DNA of 64,000 nucleotides from Nitrospirota bacterium (GTDB taxonomy: Bacteria > Nitrospirota > UBA9217): positions 1-64,000 of the forward strand of contig CAVVOB010000024.1 in assembly GCA_963749655.1 (NCBI GenBank), given 5' to 3'. Of this stretch, positions 21,423 through 36,369 are shown piece after piece. Under the pieces are notes generated by a model. The model did no database searches and was not told the origin of the DNA. It saw only the letters and a list, made by a program, of their open reading frames with translations. Position numbers and translations under genes: made by a program. Every line of letters begins with the position of its first letter. Position 1 is the first letter of the stretch.

Positions 21423-21550
21423 CCCGCCTCCTAGCCGTTGCGCACGAACTAAGCGATCACTGCGATTCAATATGATCCAGCTTGACCAAGATCACCGTTC
21501 TCCGGCATGAACTTCGATACTTCCTCGCGCTGCCGATCAAACATGCATCG

Positions 21551-23366
<1,816 letters not shown>

Positions 23367-23459
23367 AATGTATTGAAAAAACGGCTGCACAGGGCGGCCC
23401 GCAACGAATGACCCTCACGAGTTGAGTCCACAACCCTACCCCTGCATTGGATCCGATAA

Positions 23460-24407
23460 TCAAGTCCTTTCTGCTGCGATCTGAAGAGCAACGGCGGCAG
23501 AACCGACCATCCCGGCATCGTCGCCAAGCAGCGATGGCACGATGCGCGTCCGCTTTGCAGGGACTTCAAAAGCGCGACGAGCGACCTCTTCCTGAACGGC
23601 GTCAATAAACAGGGGCCATGCATCCTTTACGCCGCCGCCGATCACGATCATTTCCGGATTAAATATATTGATCAGGTTCGCGATACCGATACCGAGCATC
23701 CGCCCCATTTCTTTCATGACCTCAACAGCGATGACTGACCGTCCCGCGCCGCTTGGTAGACCTGCTCAGCGGTCACGTGTTTCCAGTCGCGTCGGACATC
23801 CGAGCTCCCCGTCGCGGTAGCTCTGCACGATGCCGCGGGCCGACGCGTACATTTCCAGACACCCGGTGTTCCCGCATCCGCACTTTCTTCCGTCGGGGAC
23901 GATCGTCATATGACCTATTTCACCGGCCATACCGTCGGCGCCATGCCAGATCCGTCCATTAAGCACAATGCCGCCGCCGACGCCGGTTCCCAGGGTGAGA
24001 AGAATCATGCTTCCGATTCCCTGTCCCGCTCCGAGCCATTGTTCGCCGAGCGCAGCCGCATTCGCGTCATTTTCAATGACTACCGGGAGATGCAATGCCC
24101 GTTCGAGCTCGTCCCTGAGCGGCAAATTGTTCCAGTCCGGGAAATTCGGCGACTTTACGACGATCCCTTTCTCTCCCAGGATGACGCCCGGTGCTCCAAC
24201 TCCGACTGCATCAACGCTCAAACCTCTCCGCTGTGCGAAGTCCTGCTGTGACTTGATGTTGTTGATAAGCCGAAGTACGACTTTTTTCCACCCGTCAGAC
24301 GCCAGAGTGGCTTCCTTGTGTTTCTCCAGAATCGTTCCATTCGGGCTTAACAGCGCAGTCCTCAGGTTTGTTCCGCCGAGGTCTACGCCTATCACAGCAT
24401 GCCCCAC
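23460..24407 (-). CDS. ROK-family glucokinase (apparent frameshift near 23780)
   Basis: GVDLGGTN, ENDANAAALGE, GEIGH, CGCGNTGCLE, IVIGGGV. Confidence 0.9.
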
Positions 24408-24527
24408 TGCAAGCCTCCTAACTGTCTAAAAACACAGGATATTCCAAAAGATGTTTATATTAACATACAGAAATACAAATGTAAACAATATTGTTGATTT
24501 TTCTAATAAAACGGAACAGAGAGGACA

Positions 24528-24935
24528 TCATAAAAAAAATATGAGATAAACCCAATTAAGAAGGAAAAATACGATAAGACCTATGGCCAGAATCCGCTGC
24601 TCCCTGATTGAGAGGACGATATTGATGCTGACCGCATCCGCCAGCCAAATCATAAGTCGATAAAAAAAGACCATGGATGCAAAAATGACGGCACCGGCCG
24701 TCAACGGATTCATGGCAAACGCTGCGACAAATTCGCCGTTTGCCAGATGCACAAGGGAGCGGGTGGTGCCGCATGTGGGACAGGATATGCCGAAATAGGC
24801 CTTGAAGGAACAGGGCGGGAGCAGATCAAGGATGGGCAAAAAACGACAGGCAATTACTGCAATAATCGCAAGGCCGCCGTAGATCAGGCCGATGTCGATT
24901 TGCCCGTCTTTGTATTTCCGACGTATCACGCGCAT
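24528..24935 (-). CDS. DUF2752-like membrane protein
   Basis: PCSFKAYFGISCPTCGTTRS, AFAMNP. Confidence 0.75.
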   Translation of the reverse strand: MRVIRRKYKDGQIDIGLIYGGLAIIAVIACRFLPILDLLPPCSFKAYFGISCPTCGTTRSLVHLANGEFVAAFAMNPLTAGAVIFASMVFFYRLMIWLADAVSINIVLSIREQRILAIGLIVFFLLNWVYLIFFL

Positions 24936-24949
24936 GCAACGGCGTCCGA

Positions 24950-25708
24950 TCAGCGGTACATTTGCATCATGGTGCCGAAAGAGGCCGCGACAGTGCCCAG
25001 AAAAAGTGCAACTGCCAACAGAAGCATGCCGCAAGACAGAAAAAAGGGAAGAAATACGGCAAAAACGGCCTTCCCTGCGGGAATTTCATGAGCTTCTTTC
25101 AAACCGATGGTAGCAAGAATCATGGTTGAAAGCACCATGAGCGGCGTTCCGCACAAAGGGAGGATCAGAAGGATAAAAGGCGATACGCTGTAGCTGACAA
25201 CGCGAAAGGTCGCTTCGAAACCCGCTCTGGCACCGCGGACCAGGAACAGAAACAGATGCAGCATGCCTGACATGACGAACAAACAAAAAATAAAAAAGAA
25301 CGGAGTCAGAACTGCAAAAAGAGAAGAGCCGGTCGTCCGTAATAAACCCCCGGATCCGCCATGCATCTCGGTAATCATGGCACTCCGGAACGAATCATGA
25401 AATAATGCGTCCCAGAAATACAGGAACATCAGCCCTGTCATGCCGATGATCAACGAATACATTAATGGATCACTCAGCCCTCCCGTGACAGGCATCCGTC
25501 TGAAAAAGGCGGTTGGAGAGAACAACAATCCTTTCACCGTGCTGAGTAAACCGTTCATAAAGCCGACAGTCTCACGGTCTTCCCAGGGCGTCGCCGTCCT
25601 GCCCGGAGACTGAACCCCGGCTGCGTTGCCCGCAACGAGACGTGATCCGCAGTGCTGGCAGAAAACCTGGCTTTCGGCGACTTCATTTCCACATTGGGGA
25701 CAAAACAT
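24950..25708 (-). CDS. Zinc-ribbon plus Yip1-like membrane protein
   Basis: FCPQCG...FCQHCG, PWEDR, FEATFRVVSYS, several TM helices. Confidence 0.8.
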   Translation of the reverse strand: MFCPQCGNEVAESQVFCQHCGSRLVAGNAAGVQSPGRTATPWEDRETVGFMNGLLSTVKGLLFSPTAFFRRMPVTGGLSDPLMYSLIIGMTGLMFLYFWDALFHDSFRSAMITEMHGGSGGLLRTTGSSLFAVLTPFFFIFCLFVMSGMLHLFLFLVRGARAGFEATFRVVSYSVSPFILLILPLCGTPLMVLSTMILATIGLKEAHEIPAGKAVFAVFLPFFLSCGMLLLAVALFLGTVAASFGTMMQMYR

Positions 25709-25970
25709 GACTGCTCCTCGATATTAAAAAAATGCCGCTGTTTGAGCGCCCTGCATCATGGAGCAGGAAATCTCGCCGCACCCGGGTGAGAACAAAAATC
25801 CGCTTTTACTCCAAAATTCAAGAATGATCATGAAAACCGTGTGATTGGGAATCCGCAGGACTGCAGTTCTCCGCTGCAGTCGTGACGGATAGTGTTCACG
25901 GATATCGTCAATCCCGCTCGCGATCCTGCTCCGTCCGGCAATTGAGCACAGGACAAGGCTTTGATTTTTT

Positions 25971-25999
25971 ATACTATACGATGCAGCGATGATTGTCAA
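25971..25999 (-). promoter_or_regulatory. sigma70-type promoter giving a ~255-nt structured leader
   Basis: TTGACA-N17-TAGTAT. Confidence 0.6.
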
Positions 26000-26049
26000 C
26001 TGAACGGAAGATCGGAGAAATCCCGGTCAATAAGGCCGCGAGGTGTCGG

Positions 26050-26541
26050 TCACGGCCTCGCACAGTCGCTCGGATCACCCTTGATTTTTTCGATTGCATG
26101 TGGCAGTGCAGGCAGGATCACGGAGAGATTCTCACGCACTGCCTTTGGGCTCCCGGGAAGATTCACGATCAGGGTGCTCTTTCTGATGCCTGCGACAGCA
26201 CGCGAAATCATGGCATGAGGGGTCTTCTTCAGGCTTTCAGCCCGCATAGCTTCCGCCATACCGGGAAGTTCCCGGTCCAGCACCGCCAGCGTCGCCTCGG
26301 GCGTTACATCGCGGGAGGACACCCCGGTGCCCCCCGTAGTGATGATAAGGTCGACCTCTCCGGCGTCAGCCAGTCGAATCAGCACGTCCTTGATCCGCGC
26401 CGCGTCGTCAGGAAGAATTTCGTAATGGGCAACCGACGCTCCGATGCTTTTGATCATGTCGCTGATCACGAGTCCGCTTTCATCTCTGCGCTCACCTGCA
26501 GCGCCTTTATCGCTCAATGTGATAATTGCAGCTCGTATCAT
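26050..26541 (-). CDS. mog: Molybdopterin adenylyltransferase (MogA/MoaB)
   Basis: ITLSDKG, DESG, TTGGTGVSSRDVTPEAT, NLPGSPKAVRE. Confidence 0.92.
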   Translation of the reverse strand: MIRAAIITLSDKGAAGERRDESGLVISDMIKSIGASVAHYEILPDDAARIKDVLIRLADAGEVDLIITTGGTGVSSRDVTPEATLAVLDRELPGMAEAMRAESLKKTPHAMISRAVAGIRKSTLIVNLPGSPKAVRENLSVILPALPHAIEKIKGDPSDCARP

Positions 26542-26717
26542 GGCAGTGTTAAGAATACCATACCGGCCCGTTCTTGGAAACTTCAGAATCATGACTGCTT
26601 TTTCGGGCTGACAGTAGTCCTCCCTCCTGACTGGGGACGCCTTGCGTCCCGGGCTTCCTTTTGATGTCTATTCGGCCTTATAGAACCTCCAGGGGGCAGG
26701 AGGAATCCTCGGCGCTG

Positions 26718-28100
26718 CTATGAGACGACCCCGCCCACGGTCATTTCCGGGATCCTCAAGGTAGGCTGCGCGTCGCTTACCGGCGCTCCTTGTCCGTCTT
26801 TGCCGCAGGTTCCGATGGAGAATCCCAAATCGGACCCGACCATATCGATCGTCATCAGCACCTGCGGCCCGTTTCCGGTAAGCGTCGCTCCTCGGACCGG
26901 CTCTCCGATGCTCCCGTTCTCGATCAAATATCCCTCGCTCACTTCAAAAACAAAATCTCCGTTTACCGTATTGACCTGGCCGCCGCCCATTTTTTTGACG
27001 TAGAGTCCGCTGTGCGTGGACCGCAGGATATCGTCCGGATTCGCGTACCCGGGCAGAATCATGGTGTTCGACATGCGGGGAATGGGGCGGTGCTTGTAGG
27101 ATTCACGCCTGCCATTGCCGGTGGATTTCCGGCCGTCCTTTAATGCCGTCAACCGGTCGTACATAAATGATCGGAGGACCCCGCGGTCGACAAGTACGGT
27201 GCGTTCCGCATCGGTCCCCTCATCATCGAAACAAAAAGAGCCTCGTTTCCCCTTCAGAGTCGCGTCGTCTACCACCGTTACGAGTGACGAGGCTATTCGC
27301 TCTCCAATCCGGTGAGAATATACGGACAGACCGGACTGGGCCAGGTCGGCTTCGAGCCCATGTCCCACTGCCTCATGGATCATGGTGCCGCCCGCTTCAG
27401 AGGAAAGCACGACCGGCATTCTCCCCGCAGGAGCCTTTCGGGCTTTCAGCATCAGCAGTGCCCGCCGTGCCGCGGTCGCGGCCACCTGTTCAAAAGGATC
27501 GGCATCAAAAAGCTCCATACCGATAATCCCCCCCACGGACTCGTATCCGGTCTGTACACCCTCCTTGTCGGAGACCACGATATGAACAAGAGCGGTAAGG
27601 TACATCCGGTCGTCCTCGGCAAGGAACCCGTCAGAGCTGGCGATCTCGATCTGCTGACGGTTCTCACGGTACACAACGAGAGCCTGACGAACCCGCGGAT
27701 CGAACGAGCGTGCAGCGCTGTTCGCCATGAGCACCATTTCCGCTTTTCGAGCAGTGCCGACGTCTTCGGGGGTCCTTACCACAGGGAGTTCAACGCACGG
27801 TCTCTTTCTGGAAAGATTCATGACCAGCGGTTGGATCTTCCCGGCAGCTGCCTGTCGCACCGCATCTGCCACTTCGAGAAGGGATTCAGTTGTCAGCTCA
27901 TTGGTATAGGCATACGCAGTCCGCTGATCGGTGATCAACCGGACTCCTGCGCCGCATTCTACGCCGGACATGACCTTTTCGATCTTACTGTCCTCGCAGA
28001 CAAGTGAAAGCGGCGCGCTTCTCTCCACGAACACGTCCGCAAACTCGCCGCCGGAGCCTAATGCTTTTTTCAACACTGCTTCATAATCTATTTTCTTCAT
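26718..28100 (-). CDS. tldD: TldD/PmbA family metalloprotease
   Basis: HEAVGHGLEAD, FDDEG, TGNGRRESY, PRMSNT, CGKDGQ. Confidence 0.93.
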   Translation of the reverse strand: MKKIDYEAVLKKALGSGGEFADVFVERSAPLSLVCEDSKIEKVMSGVECGAGVRLITDQRTAYAYTNELTTESLLEVADAVRQAAAGKIQPLVMNLSRKRPCVELPVVRTPEDVGTARKAEMVLMANSAARSFDPRVRQALVVYRENRQQIEIASSDGFLAEDDRMYLTALVHIVVSDKEGVQTGYESVGGIIGMELFDADPFEQVAATAARRALLMLKARKAPAGRMPVVLSSEAGGTMIHEAVGHGLEADLAQSGLSVYSHRIGERIASSLVTVVDDATLKGKRGSFCFDDEGTDAERTVLVDRGVLRSFMYDRLTALKDGRKSTGNGRRESYKHRPIPRMSNTMILPGYANPDDILRSTHSGLYVKKMGGGQVNTVNGDFVFEVSEGYLIENGSIGEPVRGATLTGNGPQVLMTIDMVGSDLGFSIGTCGKDGQGAPVSDAQPTLRIPEMTVGGVVS

Positions 28101-28234
28101 AATTTCACTTTCATCGCCGAACGATGATGGAACCGGCCTTCATGTAAAAATACAACCTTCCGGATCTCAATGCAACTTCATCGTACACGACCCTATGCGC
28201 TTCTTGACGTGTACGATGGCCAACGAATTACAGC

Positions 28235-28263
28235 TTGACAAAAAAACGTTTTCAGGCTACTAT
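28235..28263 (+). promoter_or_regulatory. sigma70-type promoter
   Basis: TTGACA-N17-TACTAT. Confidence 0.65.
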
Positions 28264-28301
28264 TTTTTTACAGAAATAGAAATTATGGGCGACTCGCAAA
28301 A

Positions 28302-28682
28302 ATGACCCCGAAAAAAATCCTCATAGCAGATGACAACGACAATATCAGGGAAGCATTAAGCTACCTCCTGGAAGACGAAGGATACAGTCTTTGGCTTGCC
28401 AAGGACGGCGTGGAAACGCTCGCCAGAGTCAAAGAAGTGAGGCCCGATATCCTCTTCCTTGACATCATGATGCCCGAGATGAACGGATATGATGTATGCC
28501 GTGCGATCAAAGATGATCCGGCCCTGAAAAAAACATACGTCATCATGCTGACCGCTAAAGGGCAGGTTGCCGAACAGGAGCGGGGCCGCGAAGTAGGTGC
28601 CGATGAATACATCGTAAAACCCTTCAGCCCCATGGAGATCCTTGCCAAAATCAAGGCTATCCTTGATTCAGATGTCCACTGA
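28302..28682 (+). CDS. Single-domain response regulator
   Basis: IADD, FLDIMMP, MLTA, VKPF: intact receiver residues. Confidence 0.92.
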   Translation: MTPKKILIADDNDNIREALSYLLEDEGYSLWLAKDGVETLARVKEVRPDILFLDIMMPEMNGYDVCRAIKDDPALKKTYVIMLTAKGQVAEQERGREVGADEYIVKPFSPMEILAKIKAILDSDVH

Positions 28683-28888
28683 TCCGATCGAAGATTTTGT
28701 CTCCCATTACCGTCGCGATTCGCTGATAATGCCCATGCATCACAGCACTATGTCGCTTCTTCGCCGGCCGACAGCTGCGGAAAAACAGGTTCACGCTTCC
28801 TTGCTGCCGGGTTCGATGCAGCCACCTCCGGATCGCCCGACCAGGCAGTCATCCTTGATTTATTTCCCATTTTATATTATAGTTCCCC

Positions 28889-29368
28889 ATGCACAAAAAA
28901 ATAAAAAAACCTGCTGAGCTGTGTCCTCTGCTTGCCATCCTTCGGTCTGCCGGAAAAAAAATCGTGTTTACGAATGGATGCTTCGATATCATTCACACCG
29001 GGCACACCCGATATCTCGCAAAAGCTAGATCCCTGGGAGACGTGCTTGTTGTTGCCGTCAACAGCGATGCATCAGTACGCATGATAAAAGGTGACAAACG
29101 GCCCATCTCTTCTGAAGCAGACCGGATGGAAACCCTGGCCGCCCTCGAGTCAGTCGACTTCGTGACCATTTTCAGCGAACCCGATCCTTATCGGATCATA
29201 TCGGAGCTCCAGCCTGATATTCTCGTTAAGGGTGGAGACTGGCCTGTTGAGAAGATCATCGGCAGGGACATAGTCGAACGGCGTGGCGGAAAGGCGGTGA
29301 ACGTGCCCTACGTCGATGGGGCGTCAACAACAGGCATCATAGAAAAAATCATAAAAGTGTACTGCTGA
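28889..29368 (+). CDS. rfaE2: D-glycero-beta-D-manno-heptose 1-phosphate adenylyltransferase
   Basis: FTNGCFDIIHTGH, NSDASV, LVKGGDW, STTGII. Confidence 0.93.
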   Translation: MHKKIKKPAELCPLLAILRSAGKKIVFTNGCFDIIHTGHTRYLAKARSLGDVLVVAVNSDASVRMIKGDKRPISSEADRMETLAALESVDFVTIFSEPDPYRIISELQPDILVKGGDWPVEKIIGRDIVERRGGKAVNVPYVDGASTTGIIEKIIKVYC

Positions 29369-29402
29369 CCTCAGTTCAATGCCTGCCCGACCCTGTCCAT
29401 GA

Positions 29403-29822
29403 TCACTCCGTCTTTCCCTTGCGTTCTCCCTTTATCCCTCTCCCTTTATTTTCCTGTTTCTCTTTTTCCATCTCGTACAAGGTCTCGTCGTCAAAACCGA
29501 AATAATGGCCAATTTCGTGGGTAACGGTCTCCAGAACGATATCTTCAATTTCCGCTGATGACGCGGCGGCTTCTTCAATGGGACGCTGGTAAATGACGAT
29601 CCTGTCCGGAAGCGCGTTCCCGTAATTCCACTCCCGCTCCGTCAGGGGCACACCCTGGTACAAACCGAAAAGCGTTCCGTCAACGATGCCCATGTCATCG
29701 AGAAGATCCTGCCCGGGCTGTTCCTCGATCTCGATCGAAATATTACGAAGCTTGCTCCTGAATTTTTGCGGAAGGCGCCGGAGAGATTGCTCCACGAGCT
29801 TTTCAAAGGCCGTACGTTGCAT
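29403..29822 (-). CDS. Zincin-like metallopeptidase
   Basis: GLYQGVPLTER, PDRIVIYQRPI, HEIGHYFG. Confidence 0.88.
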   Translation of the reverse strand: MQRTAFEKLVEQSLRRLPQKFRSKLRNISIEIEEQPGQDLLDDMGIVDGTLFGLYQGVPLTEREWNYGNALPDRIVIYQRPIEEAAASSAEIEDIVLETVTHEIGHYFGFDDETLYEMEKEKQENKGRGIKGERKGKTE

Positions 29823-29835
29823 GACAACCCGGGTG

Positions 29836-29873
29836 GGACAAAAGCGCCGGAGGACCCGCAGGTCTTCCGGCGT
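29836..29873 (-). terminator. Terminator-like hairpin after eno
   Basis: ACGCCGGAAGACC-TGCG-GGTCCTCCGGCGC-TTTT. Confidence 0.7.
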
Positions 29874-29885
29874 CTAAGGTTTACG

Positions 29886-31254
<1,369 letters not shown>

Positions 31255-31257
31255 AAT

Positions 31258-32687
31258 TTACTGCCCCAGGATGAACTTCTTCCCTGCTTCCACGAGCTCC
31301 CTGATCTTTTCCTCTGAACCTGATTCGACGTATATCCGTACGACCGGCTCCGTTCCCGAAGCCCGCATCAGCACCCAGCTGTCGTCCTCCAGCATGTACT
31401 TGGTCCCGTCGGCGGTGGTTTTCTTACCCTTGACCCTCAGGCCGCCGAGCTCGTTCAGCGGCTGGCTGAGCCGGTCGCCGACCGCCTTCCGATTCGACTC
31501 GGTCAAGCGGATGTTGACCCGGTCGTTCAGGATCGTTCCGACTTCCCGGTAGAGCCGTTTGAGCATTTCCTTGATGGATTTTTTTTCATGGGCGACCATC
31601 TCGGCGACCAGCAGACAGGCGAGGATGCCGTCTTTCTCGGGAACGTGGTCCTTGATCGTCATCCCGGCGCTCTCTTCGCCGCCGAATATGATCTTGCCCT
31701 GCACGAGCAGGTCGCCGATAAACTTGAAACCCACGCCCGTTTCGTACACCTCGATGCCGTGTTTCTTCGCGACTGCGTCGATCAGGTGCGACGTCGCAAT
31801 GGAACGTGCGGCGCCGCCTTTCCATCCCCGCGTGCGGCACAGGTAATCCAGCATCAGCGCGAGCACCTGGTTGGGGTTGATATAGGTGCCGTCGGCATCC
31901 AGAACGCCGAAACGGTCCGCATCCCCGTCCACGGCAAGACCGATGTCGAATTTGCCCTTTTTCATGACCGTGGAAAGTTCGGCAAGATTCTCCTCGGATG
32001 GTTCAGGCGCATGGCCGCCGAACAACGGATCCCGGTGTCCGTGGATGACCGTGAGCGTACAGCCTCCATCCCGAAGAGCACTGTCGAGATAGTCCCTGCC
32101 CGTTCCGTACAGAAGGTCGACGGCGACCTTGAGCTTCGCCTTGCGGACCAATTCGAGGTCGATCTTTTTCCTCAGATCGTCAAGATAGGCCTTGCGCAGG
32201 TCGGCATCTTCGACCAGCCCCTTGCTCTTTGCTTCGGAAAGCGACAGAACAGCGATCGAATTCTTTTCAAGAAGCGAATTGGCTTTTGTTTCTATGTCTT
32301 TTGTCGTTTCCGGGAGGGCCGGGCCGCCCCAGGCCGGAGAGAATTTGAGACCGTTGTATTCCGGCGGATTGTGGCTGGCCGTGAAGTTGATGCCGCCTGC
32401 GGCCTTTCGCCGGATGATCTCGAAGGATACCGTCGGCGTGGGAACGTCCCGGTTCGAAAGGTAAACGTAGATGCCGTTCGCCGCGAAAACCTTGACAGCC
32501 TCTTCAGCAAAGCGTTCTGACAGGAAACGAGTATCGTACCCGACGATGACACCCTTGTCCTTCAGCCCCTGTGCGATCAGGTGGTCGGCGATGGCCTGCG
32601 TGACGACACGTACCCGCTCATGGTAAAGTCGTCGGCGATCACGCCGCGCCATCCGGAAGTGCCGAATTTTATTTTTTCCATCGCCAT
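31258..32687 (-). CDS. Phosphoglucomutase/phosphomannomutase (apparent frameshift ~32620)
   Basis: IKFGTSGWRG, TASHNP, DGDADRF, GGEESAG, RASGTEP. Confidence 0.92.
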
Positions 32688-32816
32688 GTTGTTCAAAATT
32701 TATCATAAAGAGAAGACCTTTGCAACTTAAAACACTTTTTACGTCATCCGACAGAGTATCAGCCGTCGTAAAAAGATTATTTCCCGATACCTACGTCGAT
32801 TCCCACTCACATGACG

Positions 32817-33296
32817 TCAAATCCGGATGATCTCCGCGTTCAGCTCCTCATCTGCATGGATGATCGCGACTGAATTATAGGGAGCATACCGTTTATCGGT
32901 CGGGCTGCCGGGATTCAACAGGTAAACACCCTCAACCTTGCCCCAGAACGGGGTGTGGGAGTGACCGTAGACGATGAGGTCCACGTCGTTAAATTGCTTT
33001 CTGATCATTTCCTGCTGGATGTCGATCTTGTATTTGCCGTGAATGATGCCGGTGCGGAACCTCCCGAGGGTGAGGACTTTCTTATCGGGCAGGCTGTGAT
33101 GCACCTCGACGTCGTCCATGTTCCCTGCCACGGCTTCCACCGGAGCGATCGCCCGCAATTCATCGAGAACGGAAAGCTCTACGATGTCCCCGCAGTGAAT
33201 GATCAGATCGACATTCTTGAAAATATCGTACAGAACGGACGGCAGCGCCCGGACGGTCGAAGGAATGTGGGTATCGGAAAGAACACCTACTTTCAA
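32817..33296 (-). CDS. YfcE-like metallophosphoesterase
   Basis: SDTH, HCGD, GNMD, HG, GHSH, NPGS. Confidence 0.9.
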   Translation of the reverse strand: MKVGVLSDTHIPSTVRALPSVLYDIFKNVDLIIHCGDIVELSVLDELRAIAPVEAVAGNMDDVEVHHSLPDKKVLTLGRFRTGIIHGKYKIDIQQEMIRKQFNDVDLIVYGHSHTPFWGKVEGVYLLNPGSPTDKRYAPYNSVAIIHADEELNAEIIRI

Positions 33297-33389
33297 AACA
33301 ACTCCTGTTTGGGGTTTTTGCGGGAACGACAGGCATGCTTGGCCAATGAAGCTGAACGCTCCACCGGCATCACAGCGGCAAGCGTCGGT

Positions 33390-34639
33390 CTAGCCGCGAA
33401 GTTTCGCAGGCAACTCCTGGGCCAGGGCGGCAAGAGCGATCGGCACCTGCTCCTTGGTCTGCATGTTCCGGAGCAGCGCCGTACCGTCCTTCATTTCCTG
33501 CTCTCCGATGATGAGGGTGTAAGCAGCGCCGGATTTGTCCGCCTTCTTCATCTGGCTTTTGAGGCTGCTGCCGGCGTAGTCCGTTTCTACGCGGATACCG
33601 GCTGACTTTAAGCTATGGATGAGAGGAAGGGAGAAGGCAACCGCCTCTGCGCCCAGGGAAGCAACGAACAACGCAGGTACGGGATTTTCAGGTTCGTGAG
33701 ATCCATGAGCGAGATCGCCCGCTCAACGCCGAGCGCGAAGCCGATGCCGGGAGTCGCCGGTCCGCCGATCTCCTCAACAAGTCCGTCATACCGGCCTCCG
33801 GCTGCCACGGTGTTCTGTGCGCCCATGTGCCCCATGACCAGCTCGAAGGTGGTTCGGGTATAGTAATCGAGTCCCCGGACGAGTCGAGGATTGACCTCGA
33901 AGGGGATGCCGATTTTTTTCAGCCCCTCTTCCACGGTTTCAAAATGCGACTTGCAGGGTCCGCAGAGATATTCCAGCATGACCGGCGAATCACCGAACTT
34001 ATCGGCATCCACCTTGCAGTCGAGTACGCGCAGCGGATTTGTTTCGTACCGGCGCTGGCAGTCCGCGCACAAGTGGGGCAGTTTTGCGGCAAGATACTTT
34101 TTCAGCGCGTCGCGGTAGGCGCCCCGGCATGCGCTGTCACCCAGCGAATTGATCTGGAGGGTCAGGCCCTTGATGCCGAGCCGCTCGAACAGCGTATGCA
34201 GCATGGCCAGGACCTCGATATCGACGTGAGGATGGTCGATGCCGAGAGCCTCGACGCCGATCTGGTAGAACTGGCGGTAGCGCCCCTTCTGCGGCCGCTC
34301 GTGCCGGAACATGGGCCCCAGATAGTACAGCTTGACCAGCTGACGCTCGGCGTACAGCTTGTGCTCGACGAAGGCGCGCACGACGCCGGCAGTGCCTTCC
34401 GGGCGAAGCGTGATCTTTTTCCCGTCGCGGTCTTCGAACGTATACATCTCCTTCTCGACGATGTCGGTCGAGGCCCCGATGCTGCGGGCAAAGAGCTCGG
34501 TATATTCAAAAACAGGGACCCGGATCTCCGAAAAGCCGTAATCTTCAAACAGCCTGCGCGCCGTGGTCTCGAGGTGGTGCCACGCGGGCATGTCCTCCGG
34601 AAGGATGTCTTTCACTCCTTTGATCGCCTGTATTGCCAT
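33390..34639 (-). CDS. hisS: Histidine--tRNA ligase (apparent frameshift ~33675)
   Basis: [34 protein letters not shown]; anticodon domain in the next frame. Confidence 0.96.
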
Positions 34640-34671
34640 GCATACTCCTTTACCGTCACTTTCGGATTTTA

Positions 34672-35528
34672 TCACGGCTTACGGATCAGCTTCCAGGGCG
34701 ACTTTTTCACCTCGTCCGTAAGCTCCTTCAGGTTCTTGCCCATCTGCTTGATGTTTTCGAGCGTAGCGTCGATGTTCTTCTTGTTGTCGCCGACGAGCTT
34801 GTCCGCTCTTTTCGGTGATCGCCTTCAGGTTCGCCGTGGCCTCCTCGACTTTCTTCAGGATCTCCGGCAGGTTTTTCAGTCCCTGGGCCACCTCCTCCTT
34901 GCTCGAGGTCATGGTCTTCACATTATCAGTCGTCTCCTGGACGTTCCGGACGATCGTCTGAACGGTGCTGGACGTCATGGTCTTGATGCTCGAAGTCGTA
35001 TCCCGGATGTTCTGCACCGTGGTCTTGATGGCGGGATCGCCGAGCATGCGGTCGAGATTGGTTGCGATGTTCTTGAGTTTTCCCACGACTTCCAGCGCCG
35101 CCTTGGTCAGGTCTTCCAGCTTGAAGGACTCCTCGCCGACAAGCACGCCGCCCGGTCCGAGCACAGGCGACTGGGGAGAACCTCCGGTCAGCTCCACATA
35201 TTTTCCGCCGACGAGACCGAGCGCTCTTGATCGCCGCCTTCGTGTCCTTCTTGATCACCGTGTCGCTGAACACGCTCAGCGTGAGCTCGATCTGGTCTCC
35301 CCGTTCCGGCGCCACGCGGATGCCGGACACTTTGCCGATCTTGATGCCCGAATAGCGCACTTGTGCGTTCTTCTCGATGCCGTCGCTGAACTGAAAAAGG
35401 ACCTTCACCTCTTTTTTCTTCTTAAAGAGGCTCTGAATATCGCTCACCGCGAAGACCATGACCGCAAGGATGACGAATGAAACAACGAGAAAAATACCTG
35501 CCCGGATTTCACTGCGACGGTATTCCAT
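34672..35528 (-). CDS. mlaD: MlaD/MCE-domain protein with long helical tail (indels)
   Basis: N-terminal TM, GIEKNAQVRYSGIKIGKV, PWKLIRKP* end. Confidence 0.82.
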
Positions 35529-35570
35529 CGTCTTCCTTCCTCCCCTTCACCGTCGAATGGGTTTTTCCCT

Positions 35571-36364
35571 TCATCGGTCAACCAGCAGATCTTCCCGGAA
35601 GTCCTTGCTCGATGCGTGAAAGGAGATCGGACCGTCAGGACTGCCGGTGATGAACTGCTGGACGAGCGGGTCGCTGCTGTTCCGGATCTCCTGGGGCGTG
35701 CCCTCGGCCAGCACCTTGCCCCTGTACAGAATGACGATCTTGTCGGCGATCCGCATGGCCTCGTCCACTGCATGGGTCACTACGATGCAGGTGATGCCCA
35801 GGAGCCGGTTCAGGTCCGCGATGAGCTTCGTGATGACCGCCGCCATGATCGGGTCGAGGCCGGAGGTCGGCTCGTCGAAGAACACGACTTCAGGATCGAG
35901 TGCCAGCGCCCGGGCCAGCGCCACGCGCTTCTGCATGCCGCCGGAAAGCTGCCCCGGGTAGAGGTCCTCGAAATCACGAAGACCCACGAGCTCCAGCTTC
36001 ATTTTTACCATGATCTTGATGATATTGTCGTCCAGGTCCGTGTGCTCCCTGATCGGCAGCGCAATGTTTTCGCCGACCGTCAGCGAGTTCAGAAGTGCAC
36101 CGTGCTGGAACAGCATCCCGATCTTCTTTCGAAAGGGGTCCAGTTCCCGGCCCTGCAGCTTGGTGATGTCGGTATCCCTGAAAAAGCACTTCTCCGGCTG
36201 TCCGGCTTGAGCGCGCCGATCAGGATCTTGAGGAACGTGCTTTTCCCGCCGCCGCTCGTACCGAAGATATAGGTGATCTTTTTTCGTTCAGCCGCGAAAT
36301 CGATGCCGTTCGAGAACGGCGACGGCTGCCATATGACTTTTTGATGTTCCGTGTTCTTGATCAT
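35571..36364 (-). CDS. mlaF: MlaF-type ABC ATPase (indels)
   Basis: GTSGGGKST, MLFQHGALLNSL, LSGGMQKRVALARA, DEPTSGLDP. Confidence 0.87.
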
Positions 36365-36369
36365 GTCAC

